A stretch of DNA of 55,188 nt, the filler included, from Catajapyx aquilonaris (Eukaryota), in NCBI GenBank assembly GCA_000934665.2. It is 4 parts of 4 records of this genome, joined end to end, with 100 filler letters (N's around TTAATTAATTAA, not from the genome) between each part and the next. Parts side by side here need not be neighbours in the genome. Positions count along the whole stretch, not along the records: positions 13,817 to 27,506 come from JYFJ02008015.1; positions 27,607 to 41,397 come from KZ539760.1; 2 more parts are not named here. The stretch is one strand, 5' to 3'. The position numbers and the translations under genes were made by a program. Each line of letters begins with the position of its first letter. Position 1 is the stretch's first letter. Of this stretch, positions 23,250-35,379 are shown one piece after another. The notes beneath the pieces were generated by a model that was not told the origin of the DNA, made no database searches, and saw only the letters and a program-made list of their open reading frames with translations.

Positions 23250-23400
23250 TGACATAACTGACATCACGACTGACGTATAGTGACGTATGCGCTCAGCAAC
23301 CCAAAAAATGCGTGGAAAGAAAAAAAATATCAGCCGGTGCGGTGGGATGGTATAAATTGAGTGTGACGTCACAACACGCTTTTCCATACAAAATGGCCGC
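23250..23400 (+). promoter_or_regulatory. Probable core promoter
   Basis: CRE half-sites (TGACGT at about 23271 and 23281), TATAAAT at 23351, a full CRE GTGACGTCAC at 23363-23372, and a YY1-type AAAATGGCCGC overlapping the ATG at 23393. Confidence 0.45.
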
Positions 23401-23621
23401 TTCCTTTGCATCTTGGATGGAGGTAATTATGGTCTTGTCCTTATCCTGCCTACAACAGATGTTGTCACGTATACGCTGTCGTCTTCTGCAGGGTGCAACG
23501 CAGCAGGTGCAGATCGTCCAGGCGACTAATGGACAGATGTACATCATGTACCAGCCCATCCAGCCCATCCAGCCCATCCAGCCCATGCAGCCCATCCAGG
23601 TGGTCAGTCCACCGGAACCTG
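23393..23621 (+). CDS. Putative first coding exons (23393-23422 and 23459 or 23492 to 23621) of an unknown Gln-rich protein with QPI repeats
   Basis: MAASFASWME|GT..AG|GATQQVQIVQATNGQMYIMYQPIQPIQPIQPMQPIQVVSPPEP. In-phase splice sites and upstream promoter motifs. Downstream exons not resolved. Confidence 0.4.
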
Positions 23622-23665
23622 GTCAGTGCTCATTATTCATATTGCATTGTTGTAGGGTGGAGCCC

Positions 23666-23761
23666 TATGTTTTTGTTTATTCTCATGAGTTTTATTAGTT
23701 CATATGTTGGGTTAGCTTGCGTCTCCCTTCATCGCTGACTACCCCTCATAGGGAAATGTCG

Positions 23762-23811
<50 letters not shown>
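23666..23811 (+). mobile_element. 5'-truncated retroposon 3' end with (TTG)n tail
   Basis: The duplication TTGTTGTAGGGTGGAGCC flanks it at about 23648-23665 and 23812-23829. Small hairpin CCCTCATAGGG before the tail. Confidence 0.6.
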
Positions 23812-23818
<7 letters not shown>

Positions 23819-23928
23819 AGGGTGGAGCCTGCTAAGAACAATGGAGAGGGTCTCGTCCGAGCTTGGGTCCGAGCAAAGGTTTCATGGCATGTTGTGGTTT
23901 TCAGGGGTGAATCTGGCAGGCACCCATG

Positions 23929-24070
23929 CCAAGGGGGGTAACCACTCGACTGAAAAGGGTACACTGGAGTACCAAAGTCAAGGAGTACTAAAGGGTAAGG
24001 TACCCAAGGAGTACCTGAGAGTACCACTCGCAGGTGTGCACCGGAGTACCGAAGTGGTTACCCCCTTGAC
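23929..24070. mobile_element. MITE
   Basis: TIRs CAAGGGGGGTAACCACT and AGTGGTTACCCCCTTG, with internal GAGTAC repeats. Confidence 0.55.
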
Positions 24071-24889
24071 CTATGCCCTGGTGGCTGCCCAACCCTGGTA
24101 GCAGTGGTAGGACAATGACTGCCCCATCTGCAGTTTTACCCAGTGCTTCAGCCCCAGTCCAACATTTTCAAGTTGAGATGATCAATGTGTGGTCTGCATG
24201 GTTATGGATTAACAAAACACTGACTGAACTGATTATCACTTTGCAAATGTACATTCTGTGCAACATGTGCTTGGCTCCACATGACTAATATGCGGATGAT
24301 CCATTACCTCAAATATTTTAGCAGATCTTTCAGGAATTACCCTGATATTACAAGGAATACTGTTGAAGACCACTGCTATGCAGGGCACAATAATGCTACG
24401 CTGAATATTATTGCGATTATGGTTATTTCAGTTCCTAACCTGCAGTGGAATAAAGGCTTTGCATAGCCTACATCCTACAGCCTGAAAATGGATAAAAATC
24501 TGTTTGGTAGAATATTTTACTGATAGGGAAGAGAGTTTTATTTTCATATTTTATACATTACACAATGCATTGTACCACTTTTGTCAGAGAAACAGATGCC
24601 ATGCAGTGGAAAACAATTTCAATATCTAATCCAACCTTCTAATTTACGTAACATTAAAATGATAAAAGCATGTAAAACTGGAAAAATATATTAATATAAA
24701 TATATGGTGCAACTTGAAGTATATAAGCTGCAACAGTCCTTACATTCCTTTTACAATAATTATGCTGAATAATGTGACTGCCTACATATTTCTGAATTTC
24801 TCCTAAGAAGAGTGAGATTATATCGTACAAATTTTGCACCATTAGCAGATTTCATCTCATGGGGATTGCACAGTGACAGTTCAATTTAA

Positions 24890-25227
24890 AAAATAATAAT
24901 TACCCAGCGATAAAGGACAGAGCTGTTTGGGGAGAGGGGGTGGAACACCACCATTTTCAATTTTTCTTATGTATTTTTTTCATACTTCGTGCAAGGAAGG
25001 ACATGGGGGTAAGGATTGAGATTTTTGGGGAGGGGACACAGGTCCAGGTGCAATGTCTGAAAATGGGTCATATACAATCCCATTGTAGTCTAGGTTGCCA
25101 GACGCCTCAAAGGCGCGGTTAAGAGACCCCCTGACTCAGGCGAAATGGAACTCCCAGGTGGGGAACGAACCCGGAACCTTTCGCTCAGCAAGCCGAGCAG
25201 TTACCAGCTCGGCCACCACACCTCCCG
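24890..25227 (-). mobile_element. tRNA-derived SINE with a degenerate LINE-type 3' end
   Basis: Minus-strand head GGGAGGTGTGGTGGCCGAGCTGGTAA..GGTTCGTTCCCC (A and B boxes). Degenerate copy of the shared 3' motif and AT-rich tail at about 24890-24953. Whether head and tail belong to one insertion is inferred. Confidence 0.55.
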
Positions 25228-25309
25228 CCCTAAAAATTGTTATATGCAAGTGTGTAAATGATCCAGTATTCTCCACCCAAAATGATGACTGTTCCAGTAT
25301 TCCCCGCCA

Positions 25310-25620
25310 GTCATGTCATGTCAAGTCAAGTCAAGGCAAGGCAAGCCAAGCCAACCTTTATTCACACCTGGGAGGAAAAACCCTCCATTTGGCGCGGATT
25401 CCCAGAGCAATACACAATATAACTGGTTACAATATGATGTCACGTACAAAAAGACAGTTTAGAGGAGACCTCGGGAAAAAACCCCGCCAGCAGTATTTCC
25501 CGTTTCGCGGGGCCTTCAGTGGTTGGATCCCCGTAAGCTCTGACCCCGTCGACACGACTACACCCTCCGTATTTACTGCTGTTGTGTCAATAGCATAAGG
25601 GAAGGGTCAGTTTTAAGTCA
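25310..25620 (-). mobile_element. Probable retroposon 3' end with a pentanucleotide tail
   Basis: On the minus strand, an ATAAAA poly(A)-signal-like stretch is followed by a graded TTGGC/TTGCC/TTGAC/ATGAC pentamer tail (25310-25355). 5' extent uncertain. Confidence 0.4.
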
Positions 25621-25937
25621 TGGCAGTTAACATAACTTTAGGTGCGACTCAATGGACGACATGTTTTACCTGACTGTTCAGCAGTGTTCCCACGCTTATT
25701 TCGTCGCGATCCTGTGGACAACCTTTCATCAACCTCTGACGACCCGTATGACCCCGCCCTCCCCCGCATCCAGATTTTTATTACATTGTTCAACCAGGTA
25801 CAGTACCATGCTTACGTAGATTTGAGATGAATTTCCCTCTTAAAATTTTCCTACCTTTGCCTTGCTTTTTTCTCATATTTTTTCTTTATCTTAATTCCCT
25901 TTTCCCAGTCTTCCCCACAAAACCACAACCATTAACT

Positions 25938-26150
25938 CAGTGGTTTCCAACCGAGGGGTCGCGGGCAGGGTCGCGACCTTTGGTTCAACTTTTTTTAAAC
26001 AAAATTCTGGGTCAATTGGACCATTTTTGCGGCCGTACAGAGTGTATGTTTTCTGGAAAAGGGGCAGTTGTAGGAGGGGGGAGGGGGGGGGTCGCACATT
26101 CATGGAAACATGTTAGGGGGTCGCACTTGGCAAAAGGTTGGAAACCACTG
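25938..26150. mobile_element. hAT (Charlie-type) MITE
   Basis: Perfect 15-bp TIR CAGTGGTTTCCAACC and an 8-bp TSD CATTAACT/CATTAACC (7 of 8 match). Confidence 0.85.
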
Positions 26151-26156
26151 CATTAA

Positions 26157-26712
26157 CCCTTTGATGCCTACGGATCATAATATGATGTCCTTCCTGTTTT
26201 TGAATCTGGCGGCAGTGTTTGCATGCAGAAGTCAAAGTTTGCTGGTCAAACGCCTTCTGCCATCTAGTGGATGGTGACTCAGCATCCACAAAGTTTGATT
26301 GCTATATTATTTAGCTCGCGCCCTTGAAAGGTAAACAACCTCCCACCCTCCTGACTGTTTATGTAGGACTAAAAATGCGGCGTAATTACAGGGTATCCCA
26401 TAAGTCTGGACGCTTAGGAATTGCTCATAGTACAGTGTTTTAGTGTTATTATGTGACCATAGTAACAATTTTATAGTGACTTTAAAATCCAATTACATGT
26501 GAAGTTAATTGCATTTAATATTATTTTTATGGAACACCCTGTAGGGGATTTTTTTCGACATTTTACATTCAAAAGGACCTGGTATCAGGAGTTAAAATGA
26601 TAAATATTGAAGCGTCAGTATTGTTTTTCATTAATATATAACTCCTATACTACAAATTTTGGTCAAAAAGAGAAGAAAACGAGACCCCCCAAAAAACTCA
26701 GGCGTCAAAGGG
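26157..26712. mobile_element. piggyBac-type non-autonomous element
   Basis: TTAA on both sides and TIRs CCCTTTGATGCCT and AGGCGTCAAAGGG. Confidence 0.8.
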
Positions 26713-27145
26713 TTAAAAACGAATGCTGGCGATCCAGGAGTTGGGAACATGATAAACATTTCGTCCAATTGGAATCGTACAGCACCATTCTTTATAAGCG
26801 GTACTGTACTGGTCACTGGTAAGTGTAGGTGTCAATATTATTCCGTTTTCATGAAGTCGACATCCATGCGGATTATTCTGGCGGGAGGTAGTGGCTTCCC
26901 TGGCCGCCCGCCGAGGGGAGGAATATATCCCCCCTACCCGCGGGAGTGTGGAACATCGACAATTTTTGGTTTCAGTAATCGCCGACCCAGCTAATACTTT
27001 CGCTGCATGTGATTTACCCAAAATGACATCTAATTTTAAAATCTTAAAATATTTACGTCCTTTTCCGCACAAAAAACCTGAAACAAGCTCTTCCATTTCA
27101 TTGTACAGTATGTAAGGATTTGTTTTCTACATACCGCATAACCCG

Positions 27146-27400
27146 CAGAGGCTCCCAAACTGTGTGCTCCGCGAAGCTTCTCTAAGTGCTCCGCGAAGAG
27201 GTTGGGAAAAAAACGAATTCTTCAATTATTAGTTAATGACTTTAGTCTCTCACTCTTCAAGGAAAAGCTGTAAATGTTTTTGATGTCAGTGATAAGGTAC
27301 AGGCATTTAAAAAGACAATCAAATTTTCGGCAAAATCAATGAAAAGTCGAAATATAGAGAGCTTTCAAAAAATTGTGAAAGAATTTGGAGAACTAGATTC
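27146..27400 (+). mobile_element. hAT Buster/Charlie remnant
   Basis: End CAGAGGCTCCCAAACT. Frameshifted peptide NDFSLS/LQGKAVNVFDVSDKVQAFKK resembles the 'LN.LN.SLQG..F....K..AFKKKL' block of Buster/Charlie transposases. Confidence 0.6.
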
Positions 27401-27506
27401 CGATATACGTCAGTGGCGTAACGGCAGGGGGGGGGGGGCAGGGGTACATTGCCCCCCCTAAAATCACAGAGGGGGCGCCGAAAGGGGCCCCTTCCGAAAA
27501 GGCGCC

Positions 27507-27606
27507 NNNNNNNNNNNNNNNNNNNNNNNNNNNNNNNNNNNNNNNNNNNNTTAATTAATTAANNNNNNNNNNNNNNNNNNNNNNNNNNNNNNNNNNNNNN
27601 NNNNNN
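27507..27606. other. Artificial contig-join spacer
   Basis: N-run with central TTAATTAATTAA, 100 nt. Confidence 0.95.
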
Positions 27607-28851
27607 CTGCCACTGTTTACAAATCGAGTGAGTGACGATGTTTGAATTGGCCCACCGGACGGGGTTGCCAGGTCACGGGCTACAATATAAGCAGCTTAGG
27701 CCGAATTTGTCAATAACTAAAACGACAAAAAAGTTTGATCACCCTGTATATCGTTTTAAAGTTTGGAACTGTTTACTATAGGGGTCTTTCCGAATCAAGT
27801 GGGCCTAAATGTTGCTAGACCGTTTCGGATCTTGGTGAAAATAATCGCAGATGTACTCAGCTATTCATTAATGCTGATTATTAAGTTTCAGTCTTATTGC
27901 GAAATACCATGATGAGGGAAAAATCGCGAAAATCTGGTAATGGCTGAAAATGAGGCCTTTTTCGGAGAATTTTTTCCGGTTACTGGATGTGTTCAAAACC
28001 CAATTAACTTATATATCAAAAGAAAGAGAAACACCACGAAAATGCGTCTGTGGAACTACGTTTCCTCTAAAATGTAAAAATAAATTTTCATAGCGTTTCA
28101 TTGGTCACTCGCTCCAGTCACGTGCCCAAGAATTGTGACCTCAACAATTAGTGATGCATTTGCGTTACATCAGTCGTATTTGGTGACGCAAGGTTGTGAG
28201 CGACACAAGGTTCAGTAGGTTAAGTTTGAGACCTGGGTCATGCGTGGTTCGCGAGAAAATAATAGATAATATGTTTTGCAGATATACCAGTTAATTTCAC
28301 TCTTCTACAAAAAAAACAACCCCTTTTTGCTATTTCTGAAGATGATAATTGTGATTATTACTTAGAATATATTGTGCTGTCAGGCACAGTTTTTGAGATA
28401 TACTGCATTATTTTACTATTAGCATTAGCTCTTGCTAATAGATAGTCTACTTAGTAAACGCCGAGAGAAACCTGAGCAGATGATATTCGGATTCAGGGCA
28501 AAAATTGCAATACAGGTATAGGGATCACTATTCACATCTTCAGAAAATAGAAAAAAAGTGTACTTTTGTAGTACAGTGTAATCACTCTGACTCCGTCGTG
28601 TTGGCCAATATTTTGGTAAAGGCGGTAGCCAAATCAGTAGAAAGCTTATACACATGCCTTTTTTTTTTTTGCAGACATTGAAAATAAATCTATCTGCCCA
28701 GATGACTGGCTGAGGAGAAGTAGTTATTCTACAAGTTATTACTTGATGTTGATGAGTAAAAATGTCTTTTCTCGGTGTCTGGCTGTCTATTTTTGCCGAA
28801 GATTAAATTTTGGACATCTGGAATCATAAAATCTATCGAAGAAAAGGTTTC

Positions 28852-28882
<31 letters not shown>

Positions 28883-28917
28883 CGATGACGATGACGATGA
28901 TGATGATGATGATGATG

Positions 28918-28955
<38 letters not shown>
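28852..28955. repeat. Inverted microsatellite (ATG)n followed by (ATC)n
   Basis: Directly visible. The right arm is the tail of the minus-strand retroposon 3' end at 28965-29012. Confidence 0.9.
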
Positions 28956-29599
28956 TATTTATGGTACCCCGTGATAGGGTCATGGGCCCTCTTAGGGGAG
29001 GTGGAACACCACAATATTTTCCATTCAATTTTCTATGATTTTTCTTCAGACACCGTGCGGGGATGAAAGCTGGATGGAAGGAACTATGTACAATTTGCCT
29101 ATGAACTAATACCAGCCTATGCACTAATAGGAGCACTATTTGGCCCCCTCTCCCCGTCATACCCACTCCCCCCAATCCCCCACTACTGCCTTCCTTGCCA
29201 TCTGCTGACCATGTGATCACCGCTCACCCCGAAGCCCGAACGCGCCCCGAACGCCCTTTCTACCACAGCAGCGTCTTTGGATAGGGCCCCCGCTCGTGAC
29301 CCCTCCATGCACTTCAAGATTCCAAGGCCTTTGCATTGCCCTCTCCCTCCTCCTCCTCTTCCCCCCCCCCCCCCCCCCCNNNNNNNNNNNNNNNNNNNNN
29401 NNNNNNNNNNNNNNNNNNNNNNNNATCTCCACAACCCCACAGGGTGAAAATACCACAAAAGTGAAAGGTCCCGTCTCCCGTTTTCAGAAGAGGGGGCATA
29501 CTTTTGGTTTGGGTAATTGGGTTCCTTCCTTCAGTTCCTTGCCAGTTGAGTTGACACAGCTCGCCACCAAATGCAGGTCTAGACTTGTAGGATCAGCCC

Positions 29600-29872
29600 G
29601 CTGCACTGCCCCGACAAGAGGTCATCACGAGGAGACCTCATCTGCTGGAACACACTCCAGGTGGCACAGAGGTCAAGGAGGAACCAGAAGAGGACGACGG
29701 ATGTTCGGGGAGAAGACGAGGTGGTGCCTATAGAGGTCAGCGGATTGGTTGAAGTGTGAGTGTCCCGGGAGAGGACGAGAAGAGCTACTCTGGACAGGAG
29801 AGTGACACTGGTCCAGCCAGGGAAGAGGAAGAGGCAGACGAAGGAAGTGGAGACACAGCCGGGCTAATCCAG
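29600..29872 (+). pseudogene. Degenerate paralog of the acidic exon of the zinc-finger gene
   Basis: EVKEEPEE and DTGPAREEEEADEGSG..Q|GTGAGA match VKEEPREE and DTGPAREDGEDGGSG..Q|GTGAGA at 31614-32057. Internal stops and frameshifts. Confidence 0.55.
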
Positions 29873-30552
29873 GTGAGAACCAGAGTGCACATTTTCACAT
29901 GCCAAAAGTGATATAAAAACCAGCAGGTTTACCAGCTTTTACACGCTCATTCGTCAACTCTATTGCGCGGCATGCTCGTTTTAAGTGCATGTTCTTTCTC
30001 ATAGTTAACCTATGAAATAAAAAAGTGACAGTCACATCAGTTTTTCATGCCATTTTCTTGATATGTGAAATCAAGTGTGGAATCTGCAATTTAAAACAAA
30101 TTTATGGTCAGAAAAGGTGACAGTAACCTTCCAAATTATTTGTCGTTTAGTTCCAAGGGGGCGAAAAGGGATGATAACTGAAATTCCAACATAGTGCTCA
30201 TGACATGTCCATTGCATATACCGTAATTAAAGCGATTAGGCAACTTATCTGGCAGTGTTGAGATTATGCAGCAGTAATAATAAGTCTTAGGCAAGAATGC
30301 AGAGTGTCCCACGACTCACTTTACCTTACATTTATTTCATAACTTGAACACGAATGAATATATTATGGCAACGAAATTTGAACCTCATTATTATTTTTGA
30401 TAAAGGAAGTGGCATCCCAACGTGTGCTGGAAATGGCCACCGTTTATTGTTTCCAGGAAGGGAAGGCCTGAACACGACTCTCCAGCATATTTTGGAAGGT
30501 CCTGGCCAGCCTTGCCACAATTTCGTGGATGATGTTTTCTTTCAAGGCGTCG

Positions 30553-30605
30553 AAGCAGGGCGCCCATGCATTATTATCATAATAATAATGCATGGGCGCC
30601 CTGCT
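30553..30605. repeat. Hairpin/palindrome
   Basis: AGCAGGGCGCCCATGCATTATT ... AATAATGCATGGGCGCCCTGCT. Confidence 0.85.
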
Positions 30606-30867
30606 CCAATGGAAAGAATTGCTTTAGTGCAGGGGTTGGTTGTCATTTACTCAAGCAGGTAGCAGCTATGGTGTAACAGTCAAAACCCATAAAGTCTGGT
30701 GCTATCTCTTTATTGGCTAACGTGGCGTGGACTGAACCAAAGGAGCAGGTTTCACTCATATACTACTTTCCTCGTTATATTATATTTTGTAAGGCCTGGT
30801 CCATGGTTATAGAAGACTCAGGTTAGGTCACTCCCCCCCCCCCCCCCCNNNNNNNNNCCCCCCCCCC

Positions 30868-31507
30868 CCCTGCCGGGGCGTTTTTCAGCGGGTGCTCACC
30901 TGAGACCGCCATGAGACATTTCGGAGCCAGAGTAAGTGGCGACCCTACCGGACTTAGGCTGAACTTTATAGGTACGAAAGGGGAGGGCTCAACGAGATAG
31001 AATAGGGTAGAGGCTGTAAAGGTCGGACATCTTTGAAGCAAAATGGCGGCCATCGGGCGGCCATGCCACTTAACGGCAAGACCTTTGAAATAGTAGTATT
31101 TCTAACCCTGTTCTCCTCTCCTGCCTCCTGGCGGGACTAGGAAGAAAAGCCTGTCTGGGGACGTTTTTATTTATTCCCACCCCCCGACAGGAGGCAGGAG
31201 TGTAGACAGGAGAACAGGGTTAGAAATACGGCAATTTCAAGTGCGCGCATGTTCTTGCCGTGAAGTAGCATGGCCGCCAAAGATCACGTGACCTTTACGG
31301 CCTCTACCCTATTCTATCTCGTTGGGAGGGCTACATGATGACCCAACATGGCCGCCGTCGGCCATGTTGGCCCCCCAATGTAGCCCCCCCCCCCTTTCGT
31401 ACCTATAAAGTTCAGCCTTAGTCCGGTAGGGTCGCCACTTACTCTGGCTCCGAAATGTCTCAAGGCGGTCTCAGGTGAGCACCCGCTGAAAAACCCCTCG
31501 GCAGGGG
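30868..31507. mobile_element. Largely palindromic (foldback) MITE
   Basis: Arms over 110 bp (30868-30984 vs 31390-31507) plus inner inverted blocks (AGAATAGGGTAGAGG/CCTCTACCCTATTCT and TTCTAACCCTGTTCTCC/GGAGAACAGGGTTAGAA). Same family as 15177-15617. Confidence 0.8.
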
Positions 31508-31613
31508 ATGAGCCCAGAAGATAGGGGTAGTGTCCGTAGGCTGGCCTGGTCTGATTTGAAGTTGGGTATATGGATGAAGGGAATCACCGGACTCGTCTTA
31601 TGCACGTTTCCAG

Positions 31614-34018
31614 TTGAGTGAGCAGCGGACAGAGGAGAGACACCCTCCCTATCCAGCGAGCAACATGATGAAATTGGGAAGATTCCAGTGCCCCTGCTGC
31701 CCAGACAAGGTGTTCACCAGGAAGATGGACCTGTTTGTACACAGCACCACCCACTCCAAATGGGACAGGGTCAAGGTGGAGCCAGAGGAGGAGGAACAGG
31801 AGGTGAGGGCCACAATCACCTTCACCAAGGAGGAGATGGACAAGCGAGGTTGGGAAGGAATCAGATGGGCTCTGAAGGTCAAGGAGGAGCCAAGGGAGGA
31901 GGAGGAGGAGGAGGAAGAGGGCAACTGCAGCCAGGAAGGCGACTCTGCTGGTGCAGCGGAAGAGGCGGAGCGCAGAGGGACGCAAGGGGCTGATACTGGT
32001 CCAGCCAGGGAGGATGGAGAAGACGGTGGAAGTGGATACGGAGGAAGGCAAAAGCAGGTGAGAAAGCAGATTGGACATGTTCACATATGATGGAGTGAGA
32101 ACTCTGGTGCCAAAAGTAAAATGTCAACAGTTTTAAGAATCTTCAAGGATCTGTCCATGCATCCCCTTGTTTCCAATATGTATTGTAGGCCTATCAAACT
32201 CAAAGGTGACACTCTATTTTTCCATAGCTGTGGTGTAGTGAAAATCCAATTTGAATTCTGGATTTTTTGTAGGTGTCAGAAAATGTTCCAAAAACATTCT
32301 GTGATTTTTTAAAAATGGCAATGGTAAATCATGGTTAATTTTGGGAATCATGTGTTATTCATTGAAACCGATTTTCAACAAAATAGCTTCTTGCACAGGG
32401 ATGTGCCGATGTCACCTGGCCAGTTTATTCTGTTGCCACACCTCATGCAAGCATCAATTAGAATAAATATTAATTTTATCGTACAATAACAGTACATGAT
32501 TCCCATGTTCAAATATAGTGGCACAGTGGTGTGAGTGTCCTCCTCTTTCAGTATGGCAGCGGGAAAAGAGCGACATGGGGCAGGATCATAGACAGCCATT
32601 TTTAAATCATGCAAATAATGTTGATATGTGGGAAGCACTGGCTTACAGGGCTTACTTGGAGGGTTACAGCTTACAGAGGTTGGAGCCATGGATAATCTTG
32701 CGTGAATACTCCAAGTGGAATTGAGTTCTTCATTTTCCAAAATTGAATGTCATGGGCACACTACATGTTACATTTTTGAGATCATATTAGGTAAGAATAA
32801 GTCAAACCTGCGATATCGTATGACCCTATGGCGGCCTACAACTGTGCAGAAGAACGTTCATTTTTGAGATTGAAAATTATATTTTTTTTAAATATTAACT
32901 TTACAGCATAATGTGGCAGCAGGGTTGAACTGGCATTCACTCATGTGTATGGAAAATACCACTGACTTTTGTACAGAAACTCGTGGCATGCATCAGAAAA
33001 TGGCGACATTATCTGTAACTGTCAGTACACAACTACTCAGTACTTGGCGAAGCAGGTTGCCATAGAGACGAAAACCTATCAGTAACGCTACATAAATGTA
33101 CCAAAATGACGAATGTCGGAGAGTATGAAGGACACCTGCTGGCCCACGCCCGCCCCAAGTGGATGTCCCAGTAATAATATTGCACGTCACGATTCCTAAT
33201 TCCAACCTCTTCCCTTCAATAAACCTGCATTTACGTACTGTATATCATGAATTTAATGAGGTCATATTTACCAATTTCAGAGAGAAGATTCTGAAAAGAA
33301 GATGGATAATGGGATCCAGCCAGACAAGGACAAACGGAGACACTTGGAGGGGAATGCTTGTCAGGGGACAATTAGTTCCCGGAATGAGTTGAAAAGTCAA
33401 AAGGAAGTTAAGTGCAAAGAAAAGCCGTTCAGTTGCCAGGTTTGCAATAGAAAGTTTAGAGGCTCACGTGATCTGACCAGACACTCGAGGACCCACACAG
33501 GCGAGAAGCCATTCACTTGCCAGGTTTGCAAGAAAAACTTTAGTCATTCATGTAATTTGGATACACACATGAGAACTCACACAGGAGAGAAGCCATTCAC
33601 GTGCCAGGTTTGCAAGAGAAAGTTTGCTCACTCGGCAGGTTTAAAATATCATGAGAGATTACACACTGGAGAGAAGCCATTCAGTTGCCAGGTTTGCAAG
33701 AAAAACTTTAGACTGTCACACCATTTGAATTCACACATGAGAACTCACACAGGGGAGAGGCCATTCACATGCCAGGTTTGCAATAGAAAGTTTAGAGGTT
33801 CATGTGAACTGACCAGACACTCGAGGACCCACACAGGCGAGAAGCCATTCAGTTGCCAGGTTTGCAAGGAAACCTTTACTCGTTCAGGAGATTTGAATGT
33901 ACACATGAGAACTCACACAGCGGAGAAGCCATTCACGTGCCAGGTTTGCAGTAAAAGGTTCCCTCACTCAGCAGGTTTGAAATATCACGAGAGAACACAG
34001 CACACAAATGAGAAGTGA
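31614..34018 (+). CDS. C2H2 zinc-finger protein; exons 31614 (possible ATG at 31665)-32057 and 33281-34018; one atypical N-terminal finger, acidic region, seven tandem Kruppel-type fingers
   Basis: CAG|GTGAGA donor and TTTCAG acceptor, both phase 0. Seven CQVC..H...H fingers with TGEKPF linkers. The 5' end is uncertain. Confidence 0.8.
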
Positions 34019-34719
34019 TTTCGGTGTTTAATATCTCATTCAAAAGGATGTATACGTACTGTACATTAGTCCTACACTCCTACTGTATACAGTTAGGCAT
34101 GACAACCATTAGAACCCAAAGCTCTATGACCGTACTAGCAGCGACAAATAATGTTAATGAGGCAAGACTTATATTTGTTGCGATACACTTGAATTCGGAG
34201 CTGGCCAATCCTTGAATGGAACTGGCTGCGTTTCACTGTCATTGTGTCTCCGCTAAAACTGGTACTAGCTAGCACTAGTTTGATAGGATTATTAATTAGG
34301 AGGTTATGCAGAGATGTAGCGTTACAGAGACTTAATATAATTATTACTCATCCGGCACACATTTACCTTTTAAAAAATTGAGTTATGTATTATGGAAGGT
34401 TGCAATGCCATTTATTGTTATTTGAAATGTTACTATTTTGTGAACAATAAGCAACTTGAAAATTTGAGCATTTACAACCATTATTGCTGGGAAATATTGC
34501 CTATACGTACGGATAAAAACTCTTCAATATTCCTAACCCCTTCTGTGGCCATGAGAAGTTTGAGAAAATTGCGAAATCCAAATTACTCAGTTGGGGATAT
34601 AATTATTAGGTAATCTGAGTTGCAATTTTTTATGTACCTAATGTTATTACGGTAATTAGGTAAAAAATTAATGCTCAACTGGCTTAGTTCGAAAAAAAAT
34701 GCCAACTGAAATTGTAACA

Positions 34720-35000
34720 CTGTAGTGTGTAGCACTTGACCACGTCGATTGTACATTACATGTGATCGATTGGTCACAAGGCAGTTCAAGGTAATTTCGC
34801 AGCATTAACATGCGTCAGATATAACAAGCGTCAATGTACTTTTCAAGGACACTTGTTGAACCAAATTGCTTTGATCATTCACTCGCAGAGCAAAGGCCAC
34901 GTTTATTAGTCAAACAAAATAATGTAGGCTAAACTGGTATCTTATTCTTGATGTTATACTGAAAATTGCGAAAAGCAAACTTTTCTGGAGATTCCACATA
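34720..35000 (+). repeat. Dispersed repeat; second copy at about 39230-40140 interrupted by two MITEs
   Basis: Shared blocks GTAGCACTTGACCACGTCGATTGT, GGCAGTTCAAGGT, CATGCGTCAGATA, TTGATCATTCACT and TTTTCTGGAGA. Confidence 0.75.
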
Positions 35001-35379
35001 TGACAAGAATTGAATGTCAATAAATAAATTGCGCAACTGTCAATTAGTTTTTAATTTATTTTTTTATTACTCCGTAACCGGGCGGGGCCCTTATTAGTTT
35101 TTAATTTTATAAGTAATTTAATATTTGAGTAACTACAGTGAACATTATCCTACTGATAAAAATGCCAATTTTACTGATAAGAGGTCGAAGTTAGCGGCTA
35201 AAAACTGTCACCAAATATAATAATATTGACTGTTCTTTCTGAAAAAATTGGATTTTAAATATTTTCATATACAATTTTTCCACAAATCGATGCACAACCA
35301 TTATGTTTCCACCAAGAAAAGCTCAAATATTTATAATAAAATGTTTGGCTATAGTACTGCTGTATCATTCTTATGTCAA

